In this document: positions 60,948-64,000 of the stretch, one piece after another
Layout: each line of letters begins with the position of its first letter
Position numbering within the stretch: the first letter of the stretch is position 1
Source: Thiohalomonadales bacterium
GTDB taxonomy: Bacteria; Pseudomonadota; Gammaproteobacteria; RBG-16-57-12
DNA length: 64,000 bases
Direction: 5' to 3'
NCBI GenBank assembly: GCA_050295955.1
Contig: JBNKQQ010000046.1
Coordinates: 5,205 to 69,204 of the forward strand
Made by a program: the position numbers and the translations under genes
The notes under the pieces: model-generated
Seen by the model: only the letters and a program-made list of their open reading frames with translations
Told to the model about the DNA's origin: nothing
Databases searched by the model: none

Positions 60948-62201
60948 ATGAAATCATTCGAAATACTTGTCGCAGAAGATGAAGCTACCATTGCCACGGC
61001 GCTTCAATATACTATCCAAAAGTTCTTCCCAGACAGTAATGTTGATGTGGTAAATGATGGTGAGCAGGCATGGCAACACATCCTCACTAAACAATATAGC
61101 CTCATCGTCTCCGACTGGAATATGCCGAAAAAAACCGGTGCCGAGCTACTAGCCGAAATACGTAAGATTCCTGTTTATAAAAAAACGCCTTTTCTTATGC
61201 TGACAGCACGTGCTGATCGACTTAGCGTAGCCTCTGCCATGCAATCTGGCGCCAGCGCCTATCTCATCAAACCCTTTGAACGGGAAGGGCTGGTTTCCAA
61301 AATAGAGCAGTTATTACGTCAAAACCGACAATCATCCGCTGATGATGATAAAGAAGAAGTAAAAGGTGAAGTCGACATTATCGGCATCATCGATAAAATC
61401 AGTACGGAACTAAAGCAAGGCACTATTAATTTCCCCGTGCTCCCCGAGGCTGCATTTAAAATCATTGAAATCCTTAATGATGATAGCCAGGATTTGGATA
61501 ATATCGTTAAAACCCTAAAACTGGATCCAAGCATTGCCCCTAAGCTTATTGGATTAGCCAATAGTGCCCTTTTCCCCAGCTCCCGACGAATTAATGACCT
61601 TGAGGGTGCCGTTCTCAAAATTGGCCTGGAAAAAGCCAAGTCTGCCGCCATGATGGTCATCAACCATGGTCTTTATAATGTGGAAGATAGTCGCTATGAA
61701 AAACTGCTGAGCAAGCTCAATCACCATGCCTGCGCAGTTGCCTTCTGCGCCAAAGAAATTACGATCCAGTGCCGTGCCGGCTCACCAGAAGAGCTATTTA
61801 CCATGGGCATGCTACATGATGCCGGTAAACTAGTATTAGTGAAGCTGATTCAAGATCACTACTCTGACCTCCCCTATGAGAAAGTTTATGAAATTCTCGA
61901 CCTACTTCATGGCCAAGCAGGCGCCGCCGTATTAAAAGAGTGGAAACTGCCCCCTGAAGTGGCCAAATGTGCACTACATCACCATGAAGTCAGTAAAGAA
62001 AAAAATTATCCTATGCAGATGCATATCATCCATTTGGCCGATGTCTTCAGCCACACACTGGGTTACAGTCTCTGTGAGGATGATGAAACAGACTTAACGG
62101 CACTCAGCAAAGAGTTAGGGCTTAAACTGAGTGAAGAGCAAGTAGCAAGCATCATCAAAAAAGTAGAAGGTGAACTCGGTAATATTATTGAAGGGTTATA
62201 G
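60948..62201 (+). CDS. Response regulator with a receiver domain and a C-terminal HDOD domain
   Basis: REC: ILVAEDE...IVSDWNMPKKTGAELL...LMLTA...KPF. HDOD: FPVLPEAAFKIIEILNDDSQDLDNIVKTLKLDPSIAPKLIGLANSALF, with GMLHDAGKL. Confidence 0.9.
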   Translation: MKSFEILVAEDEATIATALQYTIQKFFPDSNVDVVNDGEQAWQHILTKQYSLIVSDWNMPKKTGAELLAEIRKIPVYKKTPFLMLTARADRLSVASAMQSGASAYLIKPFEREGLVSKIEQLLRQNRQSSADDDKEEVKGEVDIIGIIDKISTELKQGTINFPVLPEAAFKIIEILNDDSQDLDNIVKTLKLDPSIAPKLIGLANSALFPSSRRINDLEGAVLKIGLEKAKSAAMMVINHGLYNVEDSRYEKLLSKLNHHACAVAFCAKEITIQCRAGSPEELFTMGMLHDAGKLVLVKLIQDHYSDLPYEKVYEILDLLHGQAGAAVLKEWKLPPEVAKCALHHHEVSKEKNYPMQMHIIHLADVFSHTLGYSLCEDDETDLTALSKELGLKLSEEQVASIIKKVEGELGNIIEGL

Positions 62202-62565
62202 CGTCTACATTTCTGCTCTTAAGCGCCAGCAGCATTTTTACACTATCTGGATACCCGTGATCAAAAAAAGACCAATCTCAGCCAATCGGGCTGTATCACA
62301 CAACTAGCATGACAAATCGGAATGTCCCCTACAGCTATTTTGTCGCCCCTCTCTTCTACACTAACCCAATACCCTATTGAAACCTCTAGCCATATAATCC
62401 ATTCGATTCAACTCATTATTGATACAAACCCCTCACCTCCCTGAAAAATCGTGTGCAATCTCCCATCGTCTACATAATATGTACAAAATTAATACAGAAA
62501 CAGGATTATCTGATGTAAAATAAGGATATTTAGAATAAATCCACCCCATTAAAGGAATACTCCAC

Positions 62566-63636
62566 ATGCTGTCTACCACGGACTATCGCATTCATTTTCA
62601 TAAACTAGGGCAGATTTTCGCTATATCTGTACTCATCAGCAGCTACAACCCCGCATGGGCTGCCCCCAGCTACACCATCGTTCATCTGGGCACTTTAGGA
62701 GGAGCGGAAAGCCGTGCCTACGAAATCAACAATAGTGGCGTGGTCGTTGGCGACGCTCAAACAGAGGGGAATGCTGAGATGCACGCGGTCTACTGGCATA
62801 ATGGTGTCATTCATGATTTAGGTACTCTGGGTGGCAATCTCAGCATGGCATTTTCCATCAACAACGACGGATTAATTTCGGGAGTAAGCACCACCCCCGG
62901 CGACGCCCAAACCCATGCAACTCTCTGGGGCGCGGGCTTCATGTATGACCTAAACACCAATCATCCGGAGATCACAGGCACCTCCTATGCCATCAGTGAG
63001 ACTGGCTATGCTGTAGGTAACAGTTACAGCCCAACTTCCGTAGTACAAGCCGCCAGCTGGTACTGGAGCTCCCCCGCCACCTCCCTGAAAGCAATCACGC
63101 CTGGCCTATATAGCTACGCCAATGCCGTTAATAGTGCAGGACAAGTGGCAGGAAATAGTGGTGCAGCATACAGCCCCCGTCGTCGTGCCACGTTATGGGA
63201 TAGCAATGGAAAAGCGACTGACTTGGGTACCCTGGGAGGTGATGAAAGCTTTGCCAAAGGCATAAACGAAGCTGGCAAGGTTGTTGGTGCCTCATATATC
63301 GAAGGCAATAACACTGCCAGGGCCACCCTGTGGTACAACGGTGATATCTACGACCTGGGTGCTGTGCAAGGCGCTATAAATAGCATTGCCTACGATATTA
63401 ACGCCTTTGATCAGGTCGTCGGGGTTAGCTATATTGTCGGTGGAGGACGTCATGCTACCCTGTGGCGGGACAATATGATCATCGACCTAAATAACTTCCT
63501 CCCCCCAGCACTGGCTGCCGATGGTTGGCGGGTAGATATCGCCCATGGCATTAACGACTATGGCTGGGTAGTGGGTATTTTGGAAAATGATAAAATTGGG
63601 ATTAAGCGAGCGTACTTAGCCTACCCGAATCAATAG
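62566..63636 (+). CDS. Secreted HAF-family extracellular repeat protein
   Basis: Has a signal peptide (cleavage at AWA-AP). Contains repeated LGTLGG..S.A..IN..G.VVG and HA(V/T)LW units, as in the HAF repeat family. Confidence 0.8.
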   Translation: MLSTTDYRIHFHKLGQIFAISVLISSYNPAWAAPSYTIVHLGTLGGAESRAYEINNSGVVVGDAQTEGNAEMHAVYWHNGVIHDLGTLGGNLSMAFSINNDGLISGVSTTPGDAQTHATLWGAGFMYDLNTNHPEITGTSYAISETGYAVGNSYSPTSVVQAASWYWSSPATSLKAITPGLYSYANAVNSAGQVAGNSGAAYSPRRRATLWDSNGKATDLGTLGGDESFAKGINEAGKVVGASYIEGNNTARATLWYNGDIYDLGAVQGAINSIAYDINAFDQVVGVSYIVGGGRHATLWRDNMIIDLNNFLPPALAADGWRVDIAHGINDYGWVVGILENDKIGIKRAYLAYPNQ

Positions 63637-64000
63637 TTCCCATACCTCCCTCTCACGATTTTAACTGCGAAAATAGTAAAATTAGCAGGGCTGACTTAAT
63701 ATTAATTTGGGGAAGAAACCCGATCACTGTACGGCCCTGATCTATAGTACATAAACACATACCTACACGGATGTGGGTAATAAGAGCAGTAAAAAATAAA
63801 TTTCTAAGACAGACGTCTCAGCAGTGTGACTCGTCTTTTCAATTTACCACCTCGTAAACATTTCCATATTCAACTCAACACCACTTTTGCTTGCAATAAA
63901 GGTAGGATAAGATCAACAAAACGCTGATCCCTCCCCTTACCATTAACTTCCACCCAGACATTGGACACCCTCTTGAACCATCCAAACCATCACCGTACTT

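Noticed and set aside
63637-64000. The ORF-free right end of the window, examined for ncRNA, a terminator or a mobile-element end.
   Set aside because: Only a weak hairpin is present (AGACG...CGTCT followed by TTT, near 63808-63840). I saw no repeats, att-like sites or conserved RNA motifs. There is not enough evidence to call anything.

Overview
This is a 64-kb stretch of a gammaproteobacterial chromosome with moderate GC content. I saw no rRNA genes, CRISPR arrays, transposases or integrases. All calls come from reading the supplied translations, my own translation of selected regions, and motifs recalled from memory. No database search was run.

Most of the window is a conserved core whose gene order mirrors Pseudomonas and E. 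coli:
- infB (5' part, running off the left edge), nusA, rimP and a metY-like initiator tRNA.
- acpS, pdxJ, recO, era, rnc, a DUF4845 gene, lepB and lepA.
- The sigma-E operon rpoE-rseA-rseB-rseC-mucD with an appended glutaredoxin-like gene, divergent from nadB.
- A tightly overlapped sdhCDAB-sdhE-ygfX operon, divergent from ygfZ.
- A glycogen cluster: glgC-GH57-malQ divergent from glgB-glgA.
- Oxidative pentose-phosphate genes gnd-zwf and pgl-glk.
- Nitrogen and peptide metabolism genes: an M18 aminopeptidase, a GGT-family gene and a glutamate dehydrogenase.

Small accessory-looking islands sit between these blocks:
1. A Legionella-type alpha-hydroxyketone quorum-sensing cluster at 25.2-28.8 kb: a CqsA/LqsA synthase convergent with an LqsS-like six-TM kinase and an LqsR-like regulator.
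2. A 40.4-44.3 kb islet. It holds an outer-membrane barrel, a decayed ORF, a Nif11-like small protein translationally overlapped with a PAPS-type sulfotransferase, a SodC-like protein and a small HExxH protein.
3. An HDAC-family deacetylase lying tail-to-tail, 3 bp apart, with a Pat/YfiQ-type protein acetyltransferase gene that carries an in-frame TAA at a conserved Gln codon.
4. A two-component pair at 59.5-62.2 kb. The kinase has a roughly 110-120 aa insertion inside its ATP-binding domain and an MshEN-like C-terminal tail. Its partner is a REC-HDOD regulator.
5. A second HDOD gene followed by a LonC-like protease with degenerate Walker motifs.
6. Secreted proteins of unknown function, including a HAF-repeat protein.

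Nothing here is demonstrably a new system from sequence alone. The Nif11/sulfotransferase pair, the Lqs cluster and the atypical kinase/REC-HDOD pair are the best candidates for follow-up.
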